The notes beneath the pieces were generated by a model. It was not told the DNA's origin. It saw nothing but the letters and a program-made list of their open reading frames with translations, and made no database searches. From Marsupella aquatica (Eukaryota; Plantae; Marchantiophyta): 64,000 nt of DNA. Every line of letters starts with the position of its first letter. Within the stretch, counting starts at the first letter, position 1. The translations under genes were made by a program, and so were the position numbers. Shown piece by piece: positions 63,231 to 64,000 of this stretch. Location of the stretch: positions 10,258,286 through 10,322,285 of the forward strand of contig OZ316898.1 of assembly GCA_973895155.1 (NCBI GenBank). The letters are read 5' to 3'.

Positions 63231-64000
63231 CTGCACACGGCCAACAGTCAACCGTCTAAGAAATCAGCACGTACCCACTTTTCCCGAACACATTCAGCTC
63301 ACTATCGACTCAGGCAGTAAGGAAGCAGCTGAACTATTCAATCGGAACAAGCACCTCCGCAGCTAGCCAATGAAAAGTCGACAAATTTGGACACCGCTTC
63401 TCCGGTGACCCGTTCTGTTCACCAACTCGCTCTAGCAAAGAAATCAAGGACCCTCCTTGACCAATCCTCAGGGCTAACTGCCAAACACCATTTACTTACG
63501 ACAAAACTCTGTGACTGAGCCAATTTCTGCATCAACTACAGTAGGTTGTAGCACCGAAGCGACAGATACGACACTGGACACGCGCAAGAATGAAAAGGAA
63601 AGGCAAAGCAACGACAGAAACCAATTGAGACATACAACAAAAATTCGATGAAGGGAAAATACAACAGAAGACAAGCAGGCTCAAGCCCTCCGGTTACCGC
63701 ATTGCGGTAATTCTGAGACCGACCAGAAACTCGGCTTGGAAACTGGACAGCAAGATCGACTGAGAGTAAGAAAGCCGCCGTGCTTATCAGCAGTGCTCCC
63801 AGAGTAACGAAGTAATGACATGAGTTAATGGTGACCAGCCCTTGAGTTATCGGCAAAAATTGTCAGGGAAAGCTACAAAATCGTTTCTATTTCAATAGAA
63901 ACAACGCTAATCATTCCAACTCAATTGCGCGTGATCTGGACTCGCTAATAGCCACGAGAGTTGGCACCCTGTGCTCTAGCCCGAGCGAATGCGGAACGCT

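Overview
Intron-rich land-plant genomic DNA, probably from a non-flowering lineage (inferred from an FO-synthase gene remnant). There are two tandem paralogues of a malectin-like/LRR receptor-like kinase. Copy 1 (<1..9802) carries a frameshift and a kinase D-to-N change; copy 2 (36786..44672) looks intact. Between them lies a ~27-kb transposon island. It holds a complete 6.6-kb PIF/Harbinger element (24-bp TIRs, TAA TSD, empty site visible beside copy 2) that encodes a DDE transposase, a Myb/SANT partner and a third, unrecognised coiled-coil gene. The island also holds a young full-length Ty1/copia element, MITEs and Helitron remnants. One intron of RLK copy 1 contains a nested ~2.8-kb insertion: a Helitron-like piece, a solo LTR and a spliced pseudogene fragment of FO (8-HDF) synthase. 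The right part of the window has a KORRIGAN-type GH9 endoglucanase (+) and the 3' exons of a bifunctional nuclease (BBD/DUF151) gene (-). The best candidate for an undescribed system is the three-gene Harbinger element. All family assignments come from motif recognition by eye; no searches were run.
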